A DNA stretch of 62,033 nt from Chara braunii (Eukaryota > Plantae > Charophyceae). Positions 39,452-49,729 of the stretch are shown in pieces. Under the pieces are notes generated by a model. The model did no database searches, had not been told where the DNA came from, and worked only from the letters and a program-made list of their open reading frames with translations. Every line of letters starts with the position of its first letter. Position 1 is the first letter of the stretch. The stretch is from contig BFEA01000029.1 of assembly GCA_003427395.1 (NCBI GenBank), forward strand, positions 4,066,230 through 4,128,262, read 5' to 3'. The position numbers and the translations under genes are program-made.

Positions 39452-39561
39452 AAAATGCGCCTGGCCGTCAGGCTTCCTCCGCTATATCCGTACCGTCCTT
39501 GCGCAGGGGCCATGCTAATCTTCTGTGCATCGCTCCAATTTTGACGGATGTCCCGTAGGAC
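39452..39561 (-). ncRNA. U6 snRNA-like variant, ~110 nt, ending in TTTT
   Basis: Minus strand reads GTCCTACGGGACATCCGTCAAAATTGGAGCGATGCACAGAAGATTAGCATGGCCCCTGCGCAAGGA.., compared with plant U6 recalled as GTCCCTTCGGGGACATCCGATAAAATTGGAACGATACAGAGAAGATTAGCATGGCCCCTGCGCAAGGA. The 3' third is diverged. Confidence 0.9.
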
Positions 39562-39682
39562 CCGACCGGAGTAGCGCTCCCACGGCAACCCCGTAGCCAC
39601 ATCCGCTGCGGTGCCACTTTAACAGATGCCCCCGGCCGCGGTAACNCCCCGCCGTAGAGCGTTGCCCGACCACGCCTACCGG

Positions 39683-39750
39683 CCTAAGGGAAACTTCGAA
39701 ATGAGCCAGTTACTAGACGGTTCAATTAGTCTTTCGCCCCTATACTTAAG
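39683..39750 (-). rRNA. Isolated ~68-nt diverged fragment of LSU (25S/28S) rRNA, LR5-primer region; not an rDNA gene
   Basis: Minus strand reads CTTAAGTATAGGGGCGAAAGACTAATTGAACCGTCTAGTAACTGGCTCATTTCGAAGTTTCCCTTAGG, compared with the consensus recalled as CTTGGGTATAGGGGCGAAAGACTAATCGAACCATCTAGTAGCTGGTTCCCTCCGAAGTTTCCCTCAGG; about 10 mismatches and no gaps. Confidence 0.88.
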
Positions 39751-39859
39751 CCCCTACGGGTGGACTGCATGGTAGTGCTACAGCCACCCCTGCCGTAAAT
39801 ACCCCAGGCTTACCGCGCACACTCGGGCCGCCGTGCCCATCGCGCCCGCGGCCAATTTT

Positions 39860-39930
39860 CCGATCATCCGGGTTTGAACTCGGGTCTGTATTTCAACAGT
39901 TCATGGGTGTACCCACTGAGCTAAAGACTC
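39860..39930 (-). promoter_or_regulatory. tRNA-derived head with Pol III A box and B box (not a functional cloverleaf)
   Basis: TAGCTCAGTGG (A box), then a CTGT-TGAAAT-ACAG hairpin, then GAGTTCAAACC (B box) at tRNA-like spacing. Acceptor and D stems do not close. Confidence 0.7.
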
Positions 39931-41929
39931 TTGGGTGCCTGCTATATCTACGGTACCACGCTTCGGGCCAAAACGGGACCGCGCATAACAATAAAGGAAA
40001 AACAAATAGATAAATAAATAAAAACCAAAAAAATAAAAAATAAATAAAGACATAGAATATCATAAATAAGGGCCCCTATGCACGGTACGGGGACTGCTAA
40101 AGCCCCGTCGGTCCCGTGGATCGGCCCCGCCGCTACGTCTGTCAACAAAAAACCAGAGGGTGATAGCCCGTCGACCCTCAACCCCCTCGGTTTTCGCCGC
40201 ACGCTCCGCTGCAGTTGTTGCGCCGACGCCTGCCGACTTCGACCCCAGAACCTTCGTATCAATAGTCCGATGCCGTAACCTATAGCACTAGGCCCAAANC
40301 TNGGTTTAGCTCTGGCGGACGTATAAATAGGCGGACCCTACGCGACGCGCTACGCTACCGAAACGCCTCCAGAAGTCACATCGCTGTCGACGTCGCCCTC
40401 CGCACGTACACATAGGTCACAGGCAGGCCCAACAATCAGCGAGACATAATCTTTTCAATCCCTATTTAATCAGAAGAAAAAAATTAAGGCCGGCGATCGA
40501 GCCGACCCTTCAATCATCAACAATTAAGCAGATCACGCGCGCCTCAAAAATCCGCGCGCCCACACACTCTCTATTCTAGTCCACCATCCGGTCAGCATAA
40601 ATCACNGACGCAGCCGCGCCTAGCGCGGTGTACCTAAATTTTAAATCAAACTATTTTCTGTCACTTGCAAAAACCAGGGCGGATACCCTTGTAAGGGTAT
40701 TCGCGCCGACAGCGGCGAGCAGGGAATGAGTCCTGTGAATTGAAGAAGCGGACGAGTACTTTTCTTCAGTGGCTGGCGGCATCGAGCCACAGAGTCTTCA
40801 ACACGCAGGACACATCCCCTGCCCGCCGCGACAACTTCGGGCAGTGGCGTCGAGGAACCCTCAGTGATTGTCGTGTCGAACACGAGAACGGGCACTCATT
40901 TCCGGAACGGTCGTGTGAACACGGCGATGATACTCTCGGTTTCGACGCGACAGTCCCTGAGTGCGGGTCGGTGCCTCCATTGGAGGTTGTCAATGACGAC
41001 TCGTGATGGAAGGGCGGGTATTTCTCTCTTTCAGAGAGTGCACATTTTTTTCACATAGAAAGAAGCTATTGTGCAAGATGGTCGTGTTGAACACGACGAT
41101 GTATGTGGAGGTTGTTGTCCTGTTCGACACGACCTATCCCGGCATAAGGAAAATCCCTCGACTTCACAGTGCAAGATGTAGAAGCATGCACCATGCATAA
41201 ACCCATCTGCGTCACAGTCCACAATAATAGAATGGGCGGAGATCAGAGAGCGAAACATTTAACATTTGCGCCTGTGTCAAAAATCCACAATATACTTTCG
41301 TCAATTTCAGGTCTGCAGCACAAAAGCGGAAGGAGCTGTTTATGATACCGAAAAGACACATAAGGCACCTGATAATGTTGTTGTTGTTGCGATACATTCA
41401 AGAAATGCTTCGAAGGCACGCATTACTGTAAACGTCCGACGCCAAAGACTGATAACGAAGCGGAAGAAATGCTTCGCATGTATCACTTTAAGAAATGCTT
41501 CGCATGTATTACTGTAAACGCAGGACAACGAAGCGAAAGAAACTCTTCGCATGTACGAGCACAAATACACAGGAAAGAAATGCTTTGAAGGCATGCATCA
41601 CTATAAATGTTCGACGACCAGGCAACCGATCGCTTGAAACGGCCTGTTGTTGTAGTTCAAGGTTACTAAAAGAAAGGGGAAAAGATTGTTTCCGATGCCA
41701 GAGACTGACAACGAAGCGGAAGAAAGTCAGAGGCAGGTCCAACAACGGAACTCGTAGAATGACCGAAAGGCGGGGTGCCATCTGTGATCCCAAAGAAGCG
41801 ACGCTCAACTTACAAACGCCCAACGTGCAGAACATCTACCGATGATGGCGAGCTGTTGCAATCATGCACTCATTAGCTGCTCGAATAGGACATCTGAACG
41901 TCAGACACAATGGTTCCTCGACAGAAGCA

Positions 41930-42754
41930 TCACCCGCAAACAATGAAATGTATTTCATTCTGCACGAAACCAGTCGTGTCGGCCAGAGACCTGCCTATGG
42001 CATCCCGTATAGACGACGCTTTTGTCTCAACTTCATGCTATGCGTCGACGTCGTCCACCTTACCCCCGATTGCCAAATCCCAGCTCCCAGCGATCTCTCG
42101 TGTAACTAAACCCACCCCGCGTTTTCCTATCTCCAACTCGTTCCTGGACACGTACACCACAACAACTGTGAAGTTCCTACTATTGTTGGAACACGCTATG
42201 CAAAGGATCCTACAAAAGAAGAACTCTCCCATGTGCAATCTAACGCAGCAGTACGACACGACTCGAGGCGATAGCGCAGCAGATCGTAAAGGATACTGAT
42301 CAAGAAACTGACAATGCCAGGCACATTCAAGCAGCTCCCGTTTCAGTGAACGACACCATGTGCGAGGCGAGACAGTAATGTATCTATAGTCCAGGACGTT
42401 GAAATAACGACTAGAATTGAGTTTTTTGCACAGGTGTCGCAGACGCACTGAACCTATGACTTCATGGGGCACTGAGATAAGACTTTCGAACTCGAGCATA
42501 TTAGCGAACTCATAGTCCTTCGCCCACAGACACTCCTTCAGCATCCTTTCCCACTGATGCTCTCCCCACGAGTCCAAGTGGTCATCCTTCCATAGGACAA
42601 CCGTCATCCTGGGATCAGACTCGAAGTCCTCCTGAGTCGCTCCGTAGATTTCAGTGGACTCTCGACACCCACGCAAGCCCAGCGCACACGGTGGAAAAGG
42701 GTAAGCCAAGTTCTCGTGCCGAACAGCAGGGGTGATCCAATCGAAGATGTCCAT
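41930..42754 (-). pseudogene. Orphan cargo ORF (~275 codons, one in-frame TAG at 42038), unknown function
   Basis: MDIFDWITPAVRHENLAYPF..; complex globular composition; the frame continues for 36 codons past the stop. Confidence 0.5.
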
Positions 42755-43609
42755 CGCGATATGCAAGCGCCCTGCACGCCACAATGAAGAAATCAGCAAA
42801 AGCCAGCAGGAAGAATCCCATTGCTCCAAGGAGTAGGGACAAGGCTAACGAACACAGACTCGGAACCGAACAACGCTGGAGACATGTTCTGCACTGGCAG
42901 TTGTAAACATGTTCTGCATGGCAGCTGCACGACCAATGCTCGATCTTCCTGCAGGGATGGGCGACACTCGAATTTCGCCAGGGTGCAGCTGCTATCGTGT
43001 CGAACTCGACAACCACCGACAACACTCAGGTGAGATGCCAGAGGCCCTCGGTCCTCGTCTTCAACATTTCGACCGCCCCTGGATCGCCAGCACAAAACGT
43101 CCATTCGGGCCAGCGACATCTCGAGCCTCACAACCGCATCTCGGTGGTTGTCGAGTTGAACACGAAGACCGCCCGGCAGCATGTCGTACCCCAGTTGCAC
43201 GACCAATGCATGACCTTATGTTGCGGGGATGGGCGTCACTTGAATTTAGCCAGGGTGCTGCCACCGTCGTGTCGAACTTGACAACCACCGCACAGCACTC
43301 AGGTGAGATGCCAGAGGCCCCCGGTCCGCATCCTGAACATTGCGACCGCCCCTGGATCGCCGACACAAAGCGCTCATTCGGGCCGGCGACATCTCGAGCC
43401 TCACAACCGCATCCAGGTGGTTGTCAAGTCGAACACGAAGACCGCCCGGCAACATCTCGTAACCCAGGACCTCGGGTCGGTGGTTGTAAGTGTGGTGTGG
43501 TTGTCCTGCATGGTTGTCGTATGGGGTTTGCTGGAATTTCGCCAGGGAGCTGCTATTTTCATGTCCAACCCAACAACCACCTCACAGTACTCACGGGTAG
43601 TGGTAGTCG

Positions 43610-44770
43610 TTTGTGAGTATCGAGTTCAACACGACGACCGGTGGTCGATGTACGCACACGGCGCGGACCGCACAACGAAAAGTTGCCGTCATGTTGAACA
43701 CGACAACTTACGAGATAGGTTGTCGCGTTGAACACGACGACTAACGACGCGCCGAAAATTGGTTGTCGTGTTGAACACGACGACTACGGAGAAACCACGG
43801 TGTCGTCGTCGTGTGGACGACGTGGAAGTGCCGTCGTCGTGTTCAACACAACAACTGACACGACAACTGACCAGACACCGGGCTTCGGTTGTCGTGTTGA
43901 ACACGAGGACTACCGGCGCGCCGGAAGCTGGTTGTCGTGTTGAACACGACGACTTCGGAGAAACAAAGGTGCGGTCGTCGTGTAGACGATGTTCGCCCCC
44001 GCACATACATCGTTGAAGAGCCGTCGTCGTGTTGAACACGACAACTGACGAGACACAAGGCTTCGATTGTTGCGTTGAACACGACGATTACCGACGGCTT
44101 TTCCACGGTGTATGGGCGGGGGGCGAACATCGTCCACACGACAACCGCACCCTTGTTTCTCCACAGTCATCGGGTTCAACACGACAACTAACAAGACACC
44201 GGCCTTCGGTTGTCGGGTTGAACACGACGACTACTGACGCACCGGAAGCCGGTCGTCGTGTTGGACACGACGACTGCGGAGAAACAAGGGTGCGGTCGGC
44301 ATGTGGCCGATGTTCGCCCCCGCGCATACACCGTGGAGGAGCCGTCGTCGTGTTCAACACGACAACCAATTTCTGGCGCGTCGGTAATCGTCGTGTTCAA
44401 CGCAACAACCGAAGCCTTGTGTCTCATCAGTTGTCGTGTTCAACACGACGACGGCTCTTCCACGGTGTATGCGCGGGGGAGCACATCGTCCACTCGACGA
44501 CCGCACCCTTGTTTCTCCGCAGTTGTCGCGTTGAAAACGACGACTACCGACGTGCCAGAAGTCGGTTGTCATGTTGAACACGACGACTACGGAGAAAGCA
44601 GGGTGCGGTCGGCGCGTGGACGATGTGCGCCCCCGCTCATACACCGTGGAAGAGCCGTCGTCGTGTTGAACACGACAACTGACGATATTCCAGGCTTCGG
44701 TTGTCGTGTTGAACACAACGGCTCTCAACACACTAGGGTGCGGTCGTCGTGTTGAACACAACAACCACAG
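43610..44770. repeat. Dense array of the 17-bp palindrome GTCGTGTT(G/C)AACACGAC inside higher-order direct and inverted blocks
   Basis: Dozens of copies visible. Degenerate copies also at 32760-32995, 40790-41135, 42990-43450, 44835-44920, 46070-46810, 47860-48150, 48855 and 49340. Confidence 0.9.
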
Positions 44771-45371
44771 CGCATCCCCCACGTATGCACCGGGGAGGAG
44801 TCATCCTCGGGCACCGCCCGTGACAATACTCTCGCTGGTCATCGTGTTCGACACGAAGACGGCGACATTATGCTTCCTTTGCAATGTCGTTCCTTGGGTG
44901 ATTGTCGTGTTCGATTCGATAATCGCAGAGTCTGAAGTGCCACGTGGCGCGTAGTGATTGGAAATCATAGGATCCGGACAAATCCTCACCGTCTGTTCGT
45001 TGTGCTCACCTCGCAGAAAGTTGCTCCGTGATCCGCACTCTAACTCGCGCTCCGGACGAGCCTCCTCCACGCCTTTGCTACAGCACGAGCCTCCTCTCGC
45101 CTTTGGGACAGCGCTTGCATCGCGGTCACTCACTCTCCAACATCCGACCCGACCCAAAAGTGGGTTTCCGATAGGTCTTTGCCGCCGGCCCCACTCGCTC
45201 TCTTCTTTCACGCCCTCCTCCTCTCTTGCGCTCCCGGACTCCCAACAGCGCTGTCGGCCCCAATCACTCTCTTCTCTCACATGAAACAAAGAATACCAAA
45301 TGGAGGAAGGCCCTATCCTGCTTATATAATGTACAGCATGTCCCTCACCACAGCGTGACGGCCGTCAGATC

Positions 45372-46109
45372 GTGTCGAACCGATGGTGGCGGTATCGACA
45401 CGCTGCAATCCAATTCCGACCTGCGCTGGAAATGGGAGAGGGGGCCCCCTCGTCTTTATATACTTTGGGGCCCCTCCCGCGTTCCATCGACCCGACGGTG
45501 CCTGGAGCCTTTCCCCTTTCGCGGACCTTCAGCCTTCCCGTCGTAGCGTACCTACGGTGCCAAACGGGGTGTCGATGGCCCAGTGCCACAAAGGGGGCAC
45601 AAACGGCTATTCTACTAGATGACTCGGCTGCTTGAAATACCCTACACTGGCGCAACCCTCTTTTCGTGAGCAGATGTGCTGCGACGAGCGTTTTTGCGTT
45701 CACGTTCCCATCATCAACGATCGGGTGCGCTGGGGCGAACATTCGTCCATCAGACAAACTGCCACTGGCGACGCCAAGCGGCTCCATCCGTCGGACAAAC
45801 TACTACTGCCAGCAGGGGAAACGTAAAGCGGCTGCTGTGCGAATTGGCGATTTGCTTCTCAAAAGATCGTGGTTCATTGCCCAGGTAACTTACCCACTAT
45901 CTGAAATGTCCATCATGAATATTACGGTGCTTGGGAAGGGTCCATGCCAGTTGTCGATCTCAACGATCAACGGTCACGATCTGTCCTTTCCTTTTGATGA
46001 CGTCAACAAAGACCCCGCATTGCAGCTCCTGTTGCTTGATGTGACCCCTCTAACATCAGTACACCACTGTGATCGTCGTGTCCGACCCGATAATGCCTGG
46101 ATTGTCTGA
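45372..46109 (+). pseudogene. Orphan cargo ORF split by one TGA (45633), unknown function
   Basis: ORFs 45372-45635 and 45666-46109 are in the same frame; ..RIGDLLLKRSWFIAQVTYPLSEMSIMNITVLGKGPC.. looks protein-like. Confidence 0.4.
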
Positions 46110-46889
46110 TGCTTGAGGTGGTCGTCGTGTCCAATCCGATAAGCATTTAGGGCTGCTACCACTCACATCATATGCATGTGGTTGTCGCTGGCTACTTCTC
46201 CTTGTGCATGACGAAGACATCGCGTCAAAGATATCTAAATGAAGAATTGCAATGTAGTCGGTCGTCGTCGTATCCAACACGATGACCGATTGTATGGTCG
46301 TCGTGTCCAACCCGATAATCGATGGTTCCAGGTGCCCGAAAAGTCCGTTGCATGTGGTGGTCGTCGTGTCTAACCCAGTGACCACTTAGATGGTCCTCGT
46401 GTTCAACCCGACAATCAGACGTTCGGGGTGCCCAGAAAGTTCAGTAATTACGTCCTCGTTGAGTCGAACTCGATGACCATCACGTCGAGCTGCCCGGTGA
46501 CTGTCCCATTACAACCTCTGCATGACGTTGTGGTCGTGCCCGATCTGAAACTCTTCAAGAAAGTCCAGTGACGACGTCCTCATCGAGTCGAACTCAATGA
46601 CCATCACGTCGAGCTGCCTGGTGAGCGTCCCCTTACAACCTTTGCATGACGTTGCGGTCGTGCTCAATCTAAAACTCTTCGGCCGCTCGACTTTCGTCGT
46701 CTCCAAAATACAACCTCCCAAGCAGTCATGTCACCGGACAATTGTCAGTCAACATATGACATCACTTCCACCTGTGCATGCCATGGTCATCGTGTCCAAC
46801 CCGATGACCGGGGGTGCAAGGTGCCCTCAAGGTGCCCAAACAAACACAGCGTGAGGTGGTTGTTACGTCTAGACACGTGATTGCAGGCC

Positions 46890-49365
46890 ATGCGAGTGAC
46901 TGTGCATCATGGTCAGTCCCAAAACTAAAGATTGACTCACCATATAAGGTGCCTGACCGAAGGTGGGGCAAATATTGGTCAAGCAATGACATTGCACATT
47001 CTATGTATCTGGAAACCACAACCTTCCATGTTCAAGGGACTTGTGGGCCTTCGAGGAGAACATGTGTCGGCAATCTTATATCTCTTTTATGTTGTCTTTT
47101 TATGGATAGCGGATCAACTGTATAGCATATGTACATCGGCATTCTTATGTCTCTTCTGTGCTGTCTTTTTATGGATAGCGGATCAACTGTATAGCATATG
47201 TGCATCGTGGTCAGTCCGAGGACTGAAGACTTCCTTACCCTATCAGGTGCCTAACCTGCCATTTGTGCATAATCGTCAATCCCGAAGACTACCTCAGCCT
47301 ATCAGGTGCCTAATCGTATGGCATAAGAATGCCGACTGCATCACCCTATCAAGTGCCTAAGTCTCGCGGGCTGCAGCCTATCAGGTGCCTGACCGAAGGA
47401 GCGGCAAATGTTGGACATACAGTCCCCTACTAGTGTAGTATCAAGTGTCAAACCTTCCATGTTCGAGGGAACGACAACCTTCGAGGATACTTTCTGTTTG
47501 TGAAAGTTGTCGTGTGTCTTCTACAATAGTGTTGTTGGTGGTCTAGACTTCGAACTACCGACTATTTGGCACATACAGAATGTTCTCAAAGCGAATTGTC
47601 GCGACAACGTGCCAATCAAGTGTCTGACCGAAGGAGCGGCAAATGTTGGACAAACAGTCCCCTACTAGTGTACTATCAGGTGCCTAACCTTCCATGTTCG
47701 AGGGAACGACGACTTTCGAGGATATTTTCTGTCTGTGGAAGTTGTCGCCTGTCCCCTACAATAGTGCGTTTTGTGGTACAGGCTTCTCAAAGCGAATTTT
47801 GGCAACAACGTGCCAGTGTTGTCGGTAGTCTCTAAAATTGGATGACGATGCGTTTAGAAGTCGTCGATGCTCGACAAGAGAAAGGTTGCGTTTGGAAATC
47901 GTCGTGTTCAACACGAGGATGGCCTTGGGGAGTTGTCGCGCGTCCCCTATACTAGTGCTTTTGGTGGTCCTGACTCCAAACTGCCGACTATTAGGCATAT
48001 ACGTAAGGTTCTCAACGCGACAGCATGCCGACACTGTCAGTGGTCTCAGGAATTGAATAACGAGGGTTTCAGACGTTGTTGTGTTCAACACGATTACGCT
48101 TATTCAAGTTGATGCCAGTTACGTGGGCGTCGTTGTCGTGTTCAACACGATTAGGGTTACTTATGCCAGTTACGTGGATGGCGTGGTGTTCGGGAAATGT
48201 ATGTCCATGATGTCTCTTTTGTGCTGCCTTTCGGGAAACGTATGTCCGTGATGTCTCTTCTGTGCGGTGCTTTTAGGGTTGGCGGATCAACTATATAGCA
48301 TATGTGCATCAGACACAGTCCGAAGACTGAAGACTTTCTTACCCTATGAGGTGCCTAACCTGCCATTTGTGCACTGTCGTCAGTCCCGAAGACTTAAGAC
48401 TACCTCACCCGATCAGGTGCCTATCCTGCCATTTGTGCACGCTCGTCAGTCCCAAGGACTGAAGACTGCATCGCATATGTGCATGATAGTTAGTCCTCAA
48501 AACTGGCGACTACATCACCCTATCAGGTGCCTAACGTGTCGTGTGTGCATGGTAGTCAGTCCCGAACTTGAAGACTGCAAACTGCTTCAGCCTATCAGGT
48601 GCCTAACCGAAGGAGCGGCAAATGCTGGACACGCGTCTACTGTAGTATCAGGTGCCTAGCCTTCCATGTTCGAGGGAACGACAACATTCGAGGATACTGT
48701 CTATCTGTGGAAGTTGTCACGTGTCCCCTACAATAGTGCTTTTGGTGGTCCGAACATGAAACTGCCGACTGTTTGGCACATACAGAAGGTTCTCAAAGCG
48801 AAGTGTGCCAACGACGTGCCAATGTTGTCGGTAATCTGCACAATGCGTTTAGAAGTCGTCGTATTCGACACGAGGGAGATACTGCATCACCCTATCAGGT
48901 GCCTAACATGCCGTGTGTGCATGGTAGTCAGTCCCGAAAACTGCAAACTGCCTCAGCCTATAAGGTGCCTAACTGAAGGAGCGGCAAATGCTGGACATGC
49001 GTCTACTGTAGAATCAGGTGCCTAGCCTTCCATGTTCGAAGGAACGACGACATTCGAGGATACTCTGTCTGTGGAAGTTGTCACGTGTCCCCTACAATAG
49101 TGCTTTTGGTGGTCCGAATATGGAACTGACGACTGTTTGGCACATACAGAAGGTTCTCAAAACGAAGTGTGGCAACAACGTGCCAATGTTGTCGGTAATC
49201 TGCGTGTCCCCTACAATAGTGTTTTTGGTGGTCTGAACATGGAACTGCCGATTGTTTGGCACATATAGAAGGTTCTCAAAGCGAAGTGTGACAACAACGT
49301 GCCAATGTTGTCGGTAATCTGCACAATGCGTTTAGAAGTCGTCGTGTTCGACACGAGGGAGATTG
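46890..49365. repeat. Complex tandem repeat region upstream of the transposase (CTATCAGGTGCCTAAC units nested in ~360-nt duplications)
   Basis: Recurrent CTATCAGGTGCCTA, CGAAGGAGCGGCAAATG, CTTCCATGTTCGAGGGAACGAC and CCCCTACAATAGTG blocks. Confidence 0.85.
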
Positions 49366-49729
49366 TGGAGTTACTGATGACTGCGGTTCCGATCTAAGTT
49401 TCTGAACGGATTATAATGATAAGGTTTTATAGTTATGCTTTTGGTAACGGTGGCGTCATGAATTTCTAAGATTGGTTGTTTGTTTCTTCACCAAAAGAAT
49501 TTAATTGCCCTATTCAGTATTGCGTAGTCGATATCCAACTCATGCGTTGGATAATTGATAACCGTTGACATTCGTCTACGAAAACACGGTGTTCCTACCT
49601 TCATAATATTAACCGACTTATTTGTCCTCACAGACACATTATGCCTTGGGGCACTTCGTATCGGAGAGTTGAATATCCAATGCCGACAAGTATGGACTGT
49701 GTGGCATCTAACATACTACTGATGCGGAT

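Larger units (their letters stand above)
33012..40766 (-). mobile_element. Element B: 7.75-kb ORF-poor structured-RNA retroelement-like insertion
   Basis: Interrupts the GTCGTGT-palindrome region. Flanked by CAGCGACTGGTGGCA (32997-33011) and CAGTGGCTGGCGGCA (40767-40781), 12/15 identical with transitions only. Homologous to element A; no TIR or LTR seen. Confidence 0.75.

Noticed and set aside
39625-39656. Similarity to the SSU rRNA 530 loop (GCCGCGGTAA) or LSU helix 69 (ACGGCGGG.GT.AC)
   Set aside because: Matches of only ~10 nt in GC-rich sequence; not distinguishable from chance.
39830-39855. 7SL/Alu-like 5' end (GGCCGCGGGCGCGATGG) after the tRNA head
   Set aside because: Short, gapped and GC-rich; plant 7SL does not start this way.
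39860-39930. Functional tRNA gene
   Set aside because: Acceptor and D stems do not pair; only the A/B boxes are retained.
40722-40760. Hammerhead-like ATGA-GTCC...GGAC-GA at the end of element B
   Set aside because: The core deviates (GAAUGA instead of CUGAUGA, GAGU instead of GAAA), stems I and III are unclear, and it lies on the strand opposite the other RNA modules. Worth rechecking in other copies.
43689-44954. Overlapping ORFs rich in VVVLNTTT / CRVEHDD
   Set aside because: Translations of the palindromic repeat in all frames; not genes.
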